The translations under genes and the position numbers were made by a program. The notes below the pieces were generated by a model, which saw only the letters and a list, made by a program, of their open reading frames with translations, was not told the DNA's origin and did no database searches. This document shows positions 39,646 through 49,315 of a stretch of DNA of 64,000 nucleotides, piece by piece (position 1 is the stretch's first letter; each line of letters opens with the position of its first letter). Where the stretch lies: positions 33,914,001 to 33,978,000 of the forward strand of contig OX597815.1 in the NCBI GenBank assembly GCA_951406725.2, read 5' to 3'. Source of the stretch: Octopus vulgaris (lineage: Eukaryota).

Positions 39646-42600
39646 AATGGCTGAATGCACAAAAAGTAGGTGATTGCTGGAAATATTAGGCAAGGAAGAT
39701 AGGAAGATAATAAGAAATGGAAGTGGTTGTGGTTGGGAAGAGGAGGAAGGTAACCAAAAGGTCAGGGGATGTAGAATGTATCTCTTCTGCTCTCCGGTGA
39801 ATGGAACAGCCAAGTAGTATCAAAGATACAGAGATGATTGAGATGTGGGGGAAATGCTAGACTGGGCAGAGAGAGTGGAGGTAGGGCAGAGACCCCCAAG
39901 ATGTTGCGGGATATAATATCATTTCTGCTGTGGTCGATGGGACATCTTGGAACTTCTTTTTTTTATTTATTTCAACATCATTTCAATCGGGAACATTTGA
40001 GAGAGAGAGAGAGAGAGACAGACAGACATGCACGCAGAGAGATAGAGATATCCATAATTTTCTTGATTGAAATAACATTTGATTAAAAGCAAAAATAAAA
40101 CTTTTATTATATATTTCAGGGTCTCCTTCGACAAGTGCCTTTAGTGGGTTCCCTTCTGAATTGGTGGTCCCCTCCACCAAAAGAAGTACTCAAGGGAAGG
40201 ACCTTTGATTTAAGTTCAGGTATATATTGTCTTTACACATATCACTTGTACAGCTGTGCACATATATATATTGCCATTTGAATAGTTAACAAGATTAATT
40301 TTGCTGTGAAATTATCATTTATGTTATTGTGACTCTGACCACTGCCGTCATCATCATCATCACAAAGTTTCCTTACTGTCCTGGTTGTCACAGATATTTT
40401 CTGTGGAATGCTTATCCTCATAAAAGTTTATCTCAATAAAGAGATTTTCATCTCCTTTACAGCCTCTTTGACTCTGTAATATTAAGATTAGCCAAACTCT
40501 ACTATCATACAGAAGGAACTATTCATTTGAACTGTCATATATGATCTTGCTAACATATGCTACCTTTGGGAATAGGAGAAGCTTCCATCACATTACACAA
40601 GAAGTTTCAATAGTTTAGTCACATCTTTTGATCATTTTTATGTGAATATGGGAATATATCTAACAGCATTGCTATTATCAATGACAAATGTTTTGACTAT
40701 CTTTTCCCAAGTTGTCACCAACTTTCATTTCTTTCACACTTCAAAATCTATGCCTTCTCTTCTTTCTAAAATCTTTTGTTGAAGTCGTCAACATCTCTCA
40801 AGATCTGTCATCGATAGTATTCTATTTCCTCTGGACTCATTTCTATAGATATATTTTCTTTCTCAGCCTTTTCTCAGCAATACCCACATATTTCATGTTA
40901 GCTATGTCATTTTTTTTTGTCTTTTTTTAGAATGGCCTCACTCACTAATTAAGATGAATAACAATTTCAAAGCTTTTTTACTTTATAAAATGCTAATTAC
41001 TAATGTGTTGCTGGTGGCTCATTTTAATTCATGTATGAAAAAATTACATGAATATTTTGCTTTATCATTATCCTTGTGTGACTACCCCACTGTATTATGA
41101 CCTTTACAAACTTTCTGTTCTCTCTTTGTCACAGGGCGGATAATTTCTACAGAAACAACATATAAATATCATATGCAGATTCAGGAAGACAGTGATAATG
41201 CTAAGAATGCATCATCATTGCCGTCACCTGATGTGGATGAGCAGGCTGTACAGTTACATGTGACAACGCAGCATGTCGATAGCACCCATGACGCCACATT
41301 GGAAGATGGTGCTAGTGACAAACATGAACAATCTGTCAGTGATGATAAGGATGATGATGCGGCAGCTAGTAAAGCTACAGAGGAAGAGTCAGGAAATAGT
41401 GTACAAAATATTCCTTCACCTGGTGCTGAGACGACTTCAGAAGAAAATCCCATTGTAAATACAGCATCAGAACAAATTACTACTACTACTACTGAAGGGT
41501 GAGTTTTATGAGATTGTTTAGGTGGAAATGTCCATGTTCTGTCTATTCTTGGGTTATTGGGTTGAAGTCAACCTGGTGCAGAACATTGACAGAATTGAAC
41601 TTAGATGCTTGATGTTGGTGTATTCAGCAGTTTGTTATTGCATAACCCTCTGGTATTCATTTTCGCTTGTCATTTAAGAAAAATTACATGTAACACTAGG
41701 ATTTAACAAAATTTGATATATAATGTCAGGAGTGGCTGTGTGGTAAGTAGTTTGCTAACCAACCACATCGTTCCGGGTTCAGTCCCACTGCGTGGCATCT
41801 TGGGCAGGTGTCTTCTGCTATAGCCTCAGGCCGACCAAAGCCTTGTGAGTGGATTTGGTAGACAGAAACTGAAAGAAGCCTGTTGTGTATATGTATATAT
41901 ATATATATATATGTATATATATGTATGTATGCGTGTGTATATGTTTGTTTATCTGTGTTTGTCCCTCTAGCATTGCTTGACAACCGATGCTGGTGTGTTT
42001 ACGTCCCTGTAACTTAGCGGTTTGGCAAAAAAGACCGATAGAATAAGTACTGGGCTTACAAAGAATAAGTCCCATTGCTCGACTAAAGGCGGTGCTCTAG
42101 CATGGCCGCAGTCAAATGACTGAAACAAGTAAAAGGGTAAAAGAGGTAATGTAACTATAATGTAGTTACTTCTTGGTGTTTTAATGTATTGACCAGGCTA
42201 CTGGATGGTCACTATGTACTTCCAGTTCTTTCTTGACTGAACCCTTCTTTTCTATCTTGGCCTAAATCGTTTAACTAAGCCATCTCCTCATCATTGTAAA
42301 AGCTTTCCAAGTGACCTTTTTCTAATGTCTTGGATACTACTTTGGCATCTTCACAGGTCCACCTATTGTCTGTGAACCTTGCAACGTATCTGGTCCAGTG
42401 GAACTTTTGCTTTTGGTATTCTATGATCATTTCATTCACTCTGCTCCGTTCTCAAATTACCTCATTTTCAGATATGCTCTTGCAAGGATATTCCTTGCAT
42501 GAATCTTTCCATGGCCCCTTGCATGTAGGATGATGCTATTAATGAGACTGGCACATCTTTTATTGAGATAAATGTCTTCCATCCTGAATATTGAATATTA

Positions 42601-44149
42601 TCTTAGAAAAAAAAATTAATGATAGCAATGGAAAACAAATTGCATTTATTGCAGAAATCATCTTTTAATGTCTCATTCAGTAAATATAAAGTCAGTTTTC
42701 TTTTTTATAACTCTCTCGAGGGTATCCACAGATGCCCATGTGCTGGAATCCTCCTTTGTAATATTGAGTTTACTAGAAATGCTTTTGATTTGTTCCAGTA
42801 TTAGTTGAACTCTTTACTGTGTTAGTAGAGCTCAAAAAGTAAGAGCTAGATTTAACAAAATCGTAATTTTGTTATTGTAGCTTAGCCTCAGGCCTACTCT
42901 AATTGAGTTGACCTATTGTTGATCAAAGGCATTCCCAACCTGATGCTTCTGTGACTGCATTATTCAGTATCTTATGCCTTGTTTAAAATAGTAGGTTGTG
43001 ATTTGCAGGAGTTTTGGCTGCTTTTCCTAATAGGTGCTAGATTTGTGACCAGAAAATCAAGATTTTAAATTTTACAACTCAGCCGCTATTATGTGGAATA
43101 CAACTAGATACAGCACATATGTTAGACTACTTGGCTATATTTCACAATTGATTTATTAATGACAAGCAGACACAAAAATATTCATATACTATAAAAGCAT
43201 TGTTCTATAATGCATAGGGTTGAAGAATTTCATGTTCATGTAGTGACTAAAGGGAAGAGTCAAAGTGTAGTTTTCTTATTGTTGGTTCTGATGAGGAAAT
43301 TAGAGCTAAGTACTGCCAAATAATAACAAAACACTGACCAGTTTTATGGTGACTCTGTCATCAATTGTACCTATCTTTGGCAGTTATTTGAAGTTGAGTT
43401 TTCTTTATCTCATGTAATACGGTAAAAACTGTTGTTCAGTAATCTGACACTCGACTGAGTCAACCAACTGTGACTTTCATATGTACAAATAAAACAAGAA
43501 AACTTTCACCAGGTCTGAGTATCATAGGGTAATCATCATCATCATCATCATCATCATTTAACATCCGTTTTCCATGCTAGCATGGGTTGGACGGTTCAAC
43601 TGGGGTCTTGGAAGCCAGAAGGCTGCGCCAAGCCCAGTCTGATCTGGCAGTGTTTCTACAGCTGGATGCCCTTCCTAACGCCAACCACTCCGTGAGTGTA
43701 GTAGGTGCTTTTTACATGCCACCTGCACAGGTGCCAGACGAGGCTGGCAAACGGCCACGATCAGATGGTGCTTTTTATGTGCCACCAGCACGGGGCCAGA
43801 TGAGGCTGGCAATGGCCACAATCGGATGGTGCTTTTTACGTGCTGCCGGCACGGAGGCCAGTCGGAGCGGCGCTGGCAATGGCCATGTTCGGATAGTTCT
43901 CTTACGTGCCAACGGCACTGGTATCACAGCTACAAATGAATAGAAAATATTTTCAGACAGAAATTGAAATATAAGTTCAAAATAAAGAAAACAAAGAAAC
44001 AGTAGTTGTCAACACCAAATTAGAATATGTCTTTTTAAAATTCTACATGTCATTCTTTATGATTGAACGTTTTCTTTTCTTTTTTTTTTTTTTATTGTAC
44101 TTTCAGGGAGCTTGCTACAACAGAGTCTAGTGAACTAACACAGAAGTGA
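1114..44149 (+). CDS. PDXDC1: PDXDC1-like gene (pyridoxal-dependent decarboxylase domain-containing protein 1), 20 coding exons in window, 5' end upstream of window
   Basis: Manually spliced AG/GT-bounded exons are phase-consistent (2248 nt) and give one open frame. Motifs PPVIYFSAAAPPNLGQ, LGLPISCISTVPCN, KLIKDDI, PVLLVAYAGTP, IWCHVDG, DSITVNLGKWLG, LPLWICLQSMGYDG, YDALNTWL, CIRFSP, GLLRQVPLVGSLLNWWSP and GRTFDL match PDXDC1 as I recall it (group II PLP decarboxylase fold). Confidence 0.95.
1688..1908 (+). mobile_element. tRNA-derived SINE family A (Meta-domain-like) with target-site duplication
   Basis: B-box-like GAGTTCAAATTCC; central GCCTTTCATCCTTTC..GGTCGAT..AAGTACCAG; direct repeat ggtattgtaatatcatca at 1670-1687 and 1909-1926. 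Confidence 0.85.
2207..2422. mobile_element. TTAA-flanked MITE (piggyBac-like), degenerate, inverted copy of the 22650 element
   Basis: TTAA-CTCTTTAG ... CTAAAGGA-TTAA; body is the reverse complement of 22650-22870. Confidence 0.75.
2858..3090 (+). mobile_element. SINE family A, young full-length copy
   Basis: ggcagcgagctggcagaaacgttagc...aaagaaatagg; closely matches the 1688 and 15626 copies; CpGs intact. Confidence 0.88.
3162..3351 (+). CDS. PDXDC1: PDXDC1 exon w2 (FPDASAYYHKEEYDG...GQSLCMQ)
   Basis: tttctag acceptor, cag|gtcagt donor. Confidence 0.92.
4790..5015. repeat. Long near-perfect inverted repeat (~105-bp arms, ~14-nt loop)
   Basis: tatctgtatatgtatactaagtaaatcacttagtg...tgtttta / taaaaca...cactaagtgatttacttagtaaacatatacagata. 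Confidence 0.93.
5314..5382 (+). CDS. PDXDC1: PDXDC1 exon w3 (LGLPISCISTVPCNSVSGANSKM)
   Basis: ctgttcag acceptor, atg|gtaaga donor. Confidence 0.92.
6474..6750 (-). mobile_element. RTE LINE 3'-end fragment with (GAT)n tail and duplicated internal unit
   Basis: catcatcatcgtttaacgtccgctttccatgctagcatggg...; same family as 9810, 12197, 13478, 18406, 43532. Confidence 0.85.
7493..7571 (+). CDS. PDXDC1: PDXDC1 exon w4 (DVTIFEKLIKDDIAAAKTPVLLVAYAG)
   Basis: gaag acceptor after pyrimidine tract, g|gtgagt donor. Confidence 0.92.
8426..8510 (+). CDS. PDXDC1: PDXDC1 exon w5 (GTPLTGQVDEL...GIWCHVDG)
   Basis: ctag acceptor, gg|gtaagt donor; HVD motif. Confidence 0.93.
9182..9307. repeat. Perfect 62-bp tandem duplication
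   Basis: gttcatctataaactttagtc...ggcctgctctctt x2. Confidence 0.95.
9810..10027 (+). mobile_element. RTE LINE 3'-end fragment (sense to gene)
   Basis: ...ggcattaggaagggcatccagctgtagaaac...catgctagcatggaaagcggacattaaacgatgatgat. Confidence 0.85.
10611..10731 (+). CDS. PDXDC1: PDXDC1 exon w6 (NCLAFLTL...ADSITVNLGKWLGILSLQLI)
   Basis: ttttcag acceptor, U12-type donor |gtatcctttg. Confidence 0.92.
10732..11979 (+). other. U12-type (minor spliceosome) GT-AG intron
   Basis: 5' splice site GTATCCTTT; branch point TTCCTTAAC at 11958-11966, ending 13 nt before the intron end at 11979; no polypyrimidine tract (A-run instead); splicing here keeps the frame (QLI|TLYK). Confidence 0.92.
11980..12135 (+). 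CDS. PDXDC1: PDXDC1 exon w7 (TLYKCEDTT...LPLWICLQSMGYDGIIKRIESSFHL)
   Basis: ttctag acceptor, ttg|gtaatt donor. Confidence 0.93.
12197..12800 (-). mobile_element. 5'-truncated RTE LINE: ORF C-terminus + 3'UTR + (GAT)n tail
   Basis: Minus strand 12798-12727 translates TKEMTSDQDFWKYAVLEKTRQTK* (RTE-like DRxxWR end), then the shared 3' tail. Confidence 0.8.
13225..13415 (-). mobile_element. Degenerate RTE/BovB-like LINE 3' remnant
   Basis: Decayed PKTILTGSVERKRAR...DDIKECT...AAQHRGNWR. Confidence 0.55.
13478..13711 (-). mobile_element. RTE LINE 3'-end fragment
   Basis: same family as 6474 and 43532. Confidence 0.85.
13861..13911 (+). CDS. PDXDC1: PDXDC1 exon w8 (CHLMLEKLRNLPNIKIV)
   Basis: strong pyrimidine tract + cag, gtt|gtaagt donor. 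Confidence 0.9.
14515..14580 (+). CDS. PDXDC1: PDXDC1 exon w9, charged 22-aa insert (NIAKKQDDEEKKDDENKDMQNM)
   Basis: ttctttag acceptor, atg|gtaagt donor, phase 0-0, purine-rich; no homology support. Confidence 0.72.
15626..15949 (+). mobile_element. SINE family A, full copy plus tandem partial second monomer
   Basis: full unit to ~15860, then restarts at internal ggtattt(c/t)gtctgcc. Confidence 0.85.
16137..17407 (+). mobile_element. Mariner (DD34D) transposon, both ends intact, transposase pseudogene ~16304-17334
   Basis: TA TSDs (16135-36, 17408-09); ~37-bp TIRs cgagggatgttcaataagtaatgcccctgacccactt / aagtgggtcaggggcattacttattgaacgcccctcg; motifs WISRLL, ITQDETWVHHYDPE, YSPDLAPSDFHLF; frameshift ~16505 and in-frame stops. 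Confidence 0.96.
17578..17641 (+). CDS. PDXDC1: PDXDC1 exon w10 (MDINSNPVTLLFKYSVIESDA)
   Basis: gtttcag acceptor, cag|gtgaga donor. Confidence 0.85.
18406..18688 (-). mobile_element. RTE LINE 3'-end fragment
   Basis: same subfamily as 9810 and 12197. Confidence 0.85.
19375..19466 (+). CDS. PDXDC1: PDXDC1 exon w11 (EKEITPYVIK...YYDALNTW)
   Basis: tttcag acceptor, tgg|gtaaat donor. Confidence 0.9.
20033..20535. mobile_element. Foldback/MITE-like element with ~200-bp imperfect inverted arms
   Basis: acacaaggtatatgttttgctagtctgtgggtag ... ctacccacaaacaagcaaaacacataccttgtgt; repeated motif CTGATGCAAGYTAWATTGCT in alternating orientations. Confidence 0.75.
21152..21352 (+). repeat. Local two-segment duplication of 20231-20295 and 20467-20596
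   Basis: near-identical copies joined by the 6-nt linker tagtat. Confidence 0.92.
22650..22870. mobile_element. TTAA-flanked MITE (piggyBac-like)
   Basis: TTAA(22646-49)-CCCTTTAG ... CTAAAGGG-TTAA(22871-74). Confidence 0.88.
23863..23965 (+). CDS. PDXDC1: PDXDC1 exon w12 (LADLLSRENP...GVCIRFSPIETAQ)
   Basis: ttttcag acceptor, aag|gtcaga donor. Confidence 0.92.
24933..24991 (+). CDS. PDXDC1: PDXDC1 exon w13 (VSGTTEEAVEDFILSLQTQT)
   Basis: ttttcag acceptor, act|gtacgt donor; phase fits neighbours. Confidence 0.87.
25500..26390 (-). mobile_element. Degenerate CR1/Jockey-group LINE, RT C-terminal remnant
   Basis: Decayed PTLFLLIINYL..YTDDIT, ILALTITKDL, RPTMKYC, FPVGVNLQCFKKSIN. Confidence 0.68.
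27525..27855 (+). mobile_element. Old SINE with family-B-like head and RTE-type 3' tail
   Basis: head resembles the 41727 SINE (gttccactgtgtgacatcttggg..aaagcctt.tgagtggatt); tail gggcatctggctgtagaaaa...catgtgagtatggaaaagtggatgttaaa resembles the RTE tail. Confidence 0.6.
29397..29509 (+). CDS. PDXDC1: PDXDC1 exon w14 (AILDATVSHRKQF...GYAGLGAIR)
   Basis: ccacag acceptor, ag|gtacat donor. Confidence 0.92.
30239..30363 (+). CDS. PDXDC1: PDXDC1 exon w15 (YIPASWTEKL...KLKSTDSAFSLG)
   Basis: aaacag acceptor, g|gtaaat donor. Confidence 0.9.
30719..33096 (+). mobile_element. Internally deleted Tc1/mariner DD37D (maT-like) transposon, split by a CR1 insertion near its right TIR
   Basis: left end (c/t)agggtgtgatgagtaaat next to a (TA)n tract; right end tattcactgcaccctg-TA at 33081-33098; decayed KHPANIMVFGVVTSDG, QDSAPCH, SDCSPLDYY (canonical SPDxNPLDY). 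Confidence 0.8.
31576..33073 (-). mobile_element. Young 5'-truncated CR1-group LINE (reverse transcriptase region) with (TAAC)n tail
   Basis: ORF 31680-32897 has QHGF, DFAKAFDSVNH, GVPQGSVLGPLLF, FADD; upstream frame WRTAIICPIFKKG; (gtta)n at 31576-31602; GC-rich relative to the flanks. Confidence 0.95.
33514..35640 (-). mobile_element. RTE-clade LINE: endonuclease end, linker, partial RT, internal deletion, 3'UTR and (GAT)n tail
   Basis: ORFs 35234-35632 (LLEFCDACNLLICNTNFRK..SQIDF), 34603-35046 (KAPGPSGIT.EML), 34064-34474 (QFGFVLGRSTTDAIF, FVDLEKAFDRVPR). Confidence 0.92.
36149..36267 (+). CDS. PDXDC1: PDXDC1 exon w16 (QCADNIACVKFGLIT...QLEESSK)
   Basis: aatttag acceptor, aag|gtaaat donor. 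Confidence 0.92.
36760..37050. repeat. Degenerate (CT)n polypyrimidine tract
   Basis: visible low complexity. Confidence 0.9.
38177..38269 (+). CDS. PDXDC1: PDXDC1 exon w17 (FLETMSERILKGIEEA...ERIIQE)
   Basis: long T tract + tag, gaa|gtaagt donor. Confidence 0.93.
38828..39200 (-). mobile_element. Partial second copy of the deleted DD37D/maT-like element
   Basis: TIR aatttacccatcacaccctg-TA; ORF IKHLVNIMVFGVITSNGDIMPPFIFP. Confidence 0.82.
39543..39645. repeat. (GATA)n(GA)n compound microsatellite
   Basis: visible. Confidence 0.95.
40120..40219 (+). CDS. PDXDC1: PDXDC1 exon w18 (GLLRQVPLVGSLLNWWSP...GRTFDLSS)
   Basis: tttcag acceptor, cag|gtatat donor; highly conserved motif. Confidence 0.94.
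41135..41498 (+). CDS. PDXDC1: PDXDC1 exon w19 (GRIISTETTYKYHMQ + acidic, low-complexity tail)
   Basis: tcacag acceptor, gg|gtgagt donor; overlaps ORF 41173-41502. Confidence 0.9.
41727..42145 (+). mobile_element. tRNA-derived SINE family B (CORE-like)
   Basis: A-box-like TGGCTGTGTGG, B-box-like GGTTCAGTCCC, CORE-like CTTGGGCA(A/G)GTG, internal (TA/TG)n, tail GTAAAAGA repeats. Confidence 0.87.
42200..42580 (-). mobile_element. Degenerate RTE-clade LINE 3' ORF remnant (different family)
   Basis: Decayed AMERFMQGISLQEHI...KQKFHWTRYVARFTDNRWT. Confidence 0.7.
43532..43936 (-). mobile_element. RTE LINE 3'-end fragment with about four tandem ~60-bp units
   Basis: (CAT)n at 43532; repeated ggtgctttttacgtgccacc...ggccacgatcggat units. 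Confidence 0.87.
44107..44149 (+). CDS. PDXDC1: PDXDC1 terminal coding exon w20 (ELATTESSELTQK-stop), followed by 3'UTR
   Basis: long T tract + tttcag acceptor, phase 2 matches w19, TGA at 44147-44149. Confidence 0.78.
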
Positions 44150-44290
44150 GCTGTGTGGAACTCTACATGCTACCTTGGGTATATCTATCTATATTACACA
44201 TAACAGGGTATTTTAGGGTATATCTATATTGCAGAATATAGTTGGCTTCTATACTAAGCAGCTGGAAAATTTAAAAGTTAGGCAACTAAA

Positions 44291-44334
<44 letters not shown>

Positions 44335-44910
44335 CATTACTATTTTCACCTGCAATGTGCAGCTGTCCCAATATTTCTTTTTCATTTTTCATTTATTTTT
44401 TTTTGGTCTTCATTTTCTAATTAGGTTCTTTATAGGAAGTTTTTGTAACTGAAACAATTATCTGGATGTTTTCGGATTGTTAGCTTTGACAGAGCCACCT
44501 GTTTGTGTGTATGCCAGTGTGCGCGTGTGTGTGTGTGTGTGTGTCTGTTTGTCTGTATGTATGTATGTATGTATGTGTGTGTGTCTGTGTGTGTATATAT
44601 ATCGCCAGAGAAGCCACACATACAGGGTTGTTGTTAAGTGTGCATTAAACAGCATTTCTTCTTGCAAGGAGTGTGGAAAAAATGTGTGTCATGTAAAAAT
44701 TCACCAAAACAGTATTGTACTATTACAAGAGGCACCCATCATTGCCACGTCTGTGCAAAAGAACGTAAGTCCCTATCAGGCTTGATTAGCCACACCCATG
44801 CTACCCACGTTTAAGATACCAATAAGGTGCAGGTGATAGCATTACTTGAAATTGACTTCCAGCCATCAAATATATATATCCGCCCACACACATTCAATCA
44901 CGCACGCACA

Positions 44911-44945
<35 letters not shown>

Positions 44946-45283
44946 TTGTTGGTTTTGTTGGGGTCAGAAAACATAAGAGTGTTGTATACATGCTTATGAA
45001 AGTGAACAATGTCGTGTGTGTGTGTGGTGAATTATGAATCTGAAGCATTGCTTATCATACAGTTAGTTTCTCATGTTATCATTACTGCAATCTACAGGAG
45101 GTCACACGTAGACACATAGACATACAAACATACAAGTAGACAGACCACTACAAAAATAAATACACATACTTTTTCCTACAGTAATTATTTTTTAAAAATT
45201 TGCAGCAGAATTATTTCTGTTGAGAGACCTGACTAGAACATTCCTAATTCTTGAAAAGGAAACCAAAGTTACAAGAGGAAATT

Positions 45284-45698
<415 letters not shown>

Positions 45699-46316
45699 TT
45701 TGCTCTTACAATTATATTAGCAGTGATAGCAGTACAGTCTGTCAAGAGCCACTTTTGATGCTTTATGCTACCTGGTTTACTGCCTTACTATTGTGATCTT
45801 TAGTCAAAGCAGTTTCAAACATAACCATTTATGAACTGGTAAAAGGCATATGTGATGTTTCGCCCCATTAGCTTTGCGGGGAAACAATGATAAGGTAGTT
45901 TTATGTGTGCTTTGCATTGGCACCTCACTATTCTCTGTTCACATTTTTTTGAAATCAACATTGACTCTCATCCTTGCAAGTTTGATAAGACTAGAGAGGA
46001 TATGGTTCAGTGAAGTGAACAGGCTGTTTTGCTAGTTGGGAGAAATTGTGGCAGTAGTAAGTTCTTAGCAAACCAAACCACACTTGTTTTTTGACTCTCA
46101 ATTGAAATCTGAATCACACTTTTATTGTTAATGGTTTTGGAAAAGGTGTCAGTGGTACAGTTTCTCATTCTTCATGCAAATTATTTGGTTATTTTGTTTA
46201 TTATTTGGTTTCTTAGCATAAACACCTCTGTATTTAAAAGGCATGGTTCCCACTTTCTGGAATTGTGTATTTTACTTATATGTATTTGCATAAAAACATA
46301 CACATTTAAAGTTATG

Positions 46317-46368
<52 letters not shown>

Positions 46369-48506
46369 GCACACACACATACACACACAGACTCACTCCA
46401 GTGGTTCTGTTATCCAAATAGACCTGCATAACCTATGTGCTCACATGTAGGGGAAATGTTGCAATTATCTGATTTGATAAAGAGAGATAAAATTCTGTCA
46501 TTGATTGTCCCAAACTCTGCCTTATTGTCTTTTTATCCTCTTCCTCTACCTTCTAATATTTTCTCTCCCTCTTTCTTGTTTAACAGTATTTTGCCAAGGT
46601 CTATATTCAATAAACTGAAATTGTATTATTCTCTTTCTTCATTGCAAAGAATCTTCATTATAAATTTGCCCATCTTTATATTACATTATAAATTCCTAAT
46701 AATGGAGGTACACATAAGCTTTATGTGTTTACCTTTATTTGACTCTCACACACGTTTTGGTTTTTAAAAGTGAACATCTTTATGAGTGTTCTCTTTTAAT
46801 ATGTTCTTGATAATCTGTTTGTATATATGATAACTTTGGCTGTACATTATTCTAAAATTTTTGAATTTGAATAGTACAGAAAAGGTTGGCTTAGTCCCCT
46901 GCATAAGGACATGAAAATTCATATTTTTCTCTTGGTCACTTTTGTCTTTCACTCTTTTGAAGTTGATGAAGTAATGTTCTTGCACTGATGTCAGTGTATT
47001 CAACTATATACCCCTGAAAGTGGTGCCCCAGAATGGTCAGTTTAATGACTGAAACTAGACAATGAATAAAAGATTAGCTCCATACTTGTTGGTGAATAAA
47101 GTGTATGAGAAAATTTAAGGAACAACTCTAAACTCATTTTGTTCATGTGGCATTTTTAGTTCATGCATCAACAAATGCAATACAAACTCAAATGAAGGAA
47201 ACCACTAATATTATTTACCAGGTGAAATGGTAGTGAAACTTGAGAATATAATAATGATGATAAAATTTTCGATTCATATAATTGATATAAATTTATTTTA
47301 AAGTCTTTTTGTTATTAGAATGTATAAACATCTTGATTATGTCCAGTTTTGTTTCTTTGAATATAATCCCCAAATCGTTAAGAAATTTGACAAAAATAAG
47401 ACCTAAGTGAAGGTACTCACTATTATGATTATTTCAAGGTTGCCTGTTACTGTCTTCATCAATACACATGATAGTGTTTATGAAACATCAACTAAATCTC
47501 TGGTATTTTTTATGTAAGATGCTATTTCTTGCGGAAAATATTTGCAGAGTTGGTTTTGTTGATAAGGTAATGAACTTTCAGCTGAATGGTTGATATTTTC
47601 TTCTCATTTTGTCAAATGTCCATTGACAAGGCAGTTAACACTTGTTTGGGTGGACAGGTTGTCCATTTATAGTTATCTAAAGATCTGTACAGCTTCAAGT
47701 GTATGCATAATTATTTAATTAACTGCAGTATCGACTACATACTTCCTTTGAAGCCTGGGTAAGGTAACTTAAATACCATTTCAGTGTGGTCTGAAAGTAC
47801 TGTAAAGTTTCCATTGATGAGAGAATCACCAGAGATTTGTGTCTTGATGCTGATCTTTGTTATGAAAGCCATGCCTTTCATATTCCTCTTGCAAAGTAGT
47901 CTTGGGATATAACAATGCATTCCATTTCATCTCAGTTACTGTTTGTTTGGAACCTTCATGCGAGATTACCGGCAGTCTTGAAATGACATCAGTCTTCTAT
48001 TGTTTCCCCTCTAATTTAGCACTGTCACCTATCACATTCTCTCATTTCATCTGTTTTGGTTTCTCCTCACAACTTCGATTCCTCTTGACATGTTTGTCTT
48101 TTGAAGACGTTTACCATCTCAGTCTTCAAGACTGATTTGCTTTTATCAGTCACTCCCTCCCCTCCTTTCTCTCATTTCTCTGATTTTCATTTTTGTGTAT
48201 TTTTCTTCTGCTTCTTATAACTAGTAAGGCAGTGGATGGATGGCAGAATTGGCAGAGCATTGAACAAAGTTCTTTGGTGATGTTCCTTTACATTTCTGAG
48301 TTCAAATCCCTATGAGGTTGGCTTTGCCTTTTACCCTTCTGAGTTAATAAAATAACTAGTAGTTTAAGATTTGGATAAATCTGATTAACTGAAATATATG
48401 ACCTTCTGTCTGTCTTTATTCATTTTTTTTCAGACTTTTTCTTTCTCGAAGTGAGATGATGTATGTGTGAGTATCTTTCTGTTCACACATGCACACACAT
48501 ACGCGC

Positions 48507-48546
<40 letters not shown>

Positions 48547-48603
48547 ATGTGTATGTATATATTTATGCATGTGTATATACATAAGTATATATACATGTGT
48601 ATA

Positions 48604-48641
<38 letters not shown>

Positions 48642-49271
48642 CGCACACACACATAAGTATACATATATTTGTATATATATATATACATATATAATATGAT
48701 GAGAGAGTGTCTGATATTTCTTGAAGTAGTTTTAATTTCCTGTAGCTGCTGTGGGTTAATGCAATGTGGGTACAAAAGAAAAAAAAATCCTTTCATTTTT
48801 CTATTCAAAGGGGAATATATAACAGATACAAAGAAACATTATATTTATGTTATTTAACAAAATATCTGTAAAATGTGATAGATATCACAGAAACACTCTG
48901 TGGTGTCCATGGTATGAGACCAAATTTGTTTTTCATATTTTTTTTTAATCCAATATCATTCTTTTCAGGGGAGTACTGTAATGTTTTTTTCCTTTTGTTT
49001 GAGGGGTGGGGTAAAACCTTAATGAGTTTTCAGGGGAGTACTCTGTTATGGTTTGTTTTTGTATTTTTGTTCCTTTTTCTATACTTAATTCACTAATTAA
49101 ATTTTAACAGACATCTGTTGTTATGTTTGGCTGTTTATCTATTTATTTATTTATTTCAATTAATTAATAATGATTGACACAAAAATAATGAACCCAGACA
49201 TGGTGTAGTCATGGAAACATTCTCTCCTTGCTAAGTTTATTTCTTTAACTAAGTAATTCTAATAGAGTGAA

Positions 49272-49315
<44 letters not shown>

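Noticed and set aside
43720-43790. HDV-like ribozyme suggested by CCAGCCTCGTCTGGC on the minus strand
   Set aside because: I could not build the P1/P2 nested double pseudoknot; only a simple hairpin is supported.
43700-43925. Repeat-spacer-like ~60-bp array (CRISPR-like)
   Set aside because: The units are similar along their whole length, lie inside a LINE 3'UTR in a eukaryotic intron, and have no cas genes nearby.
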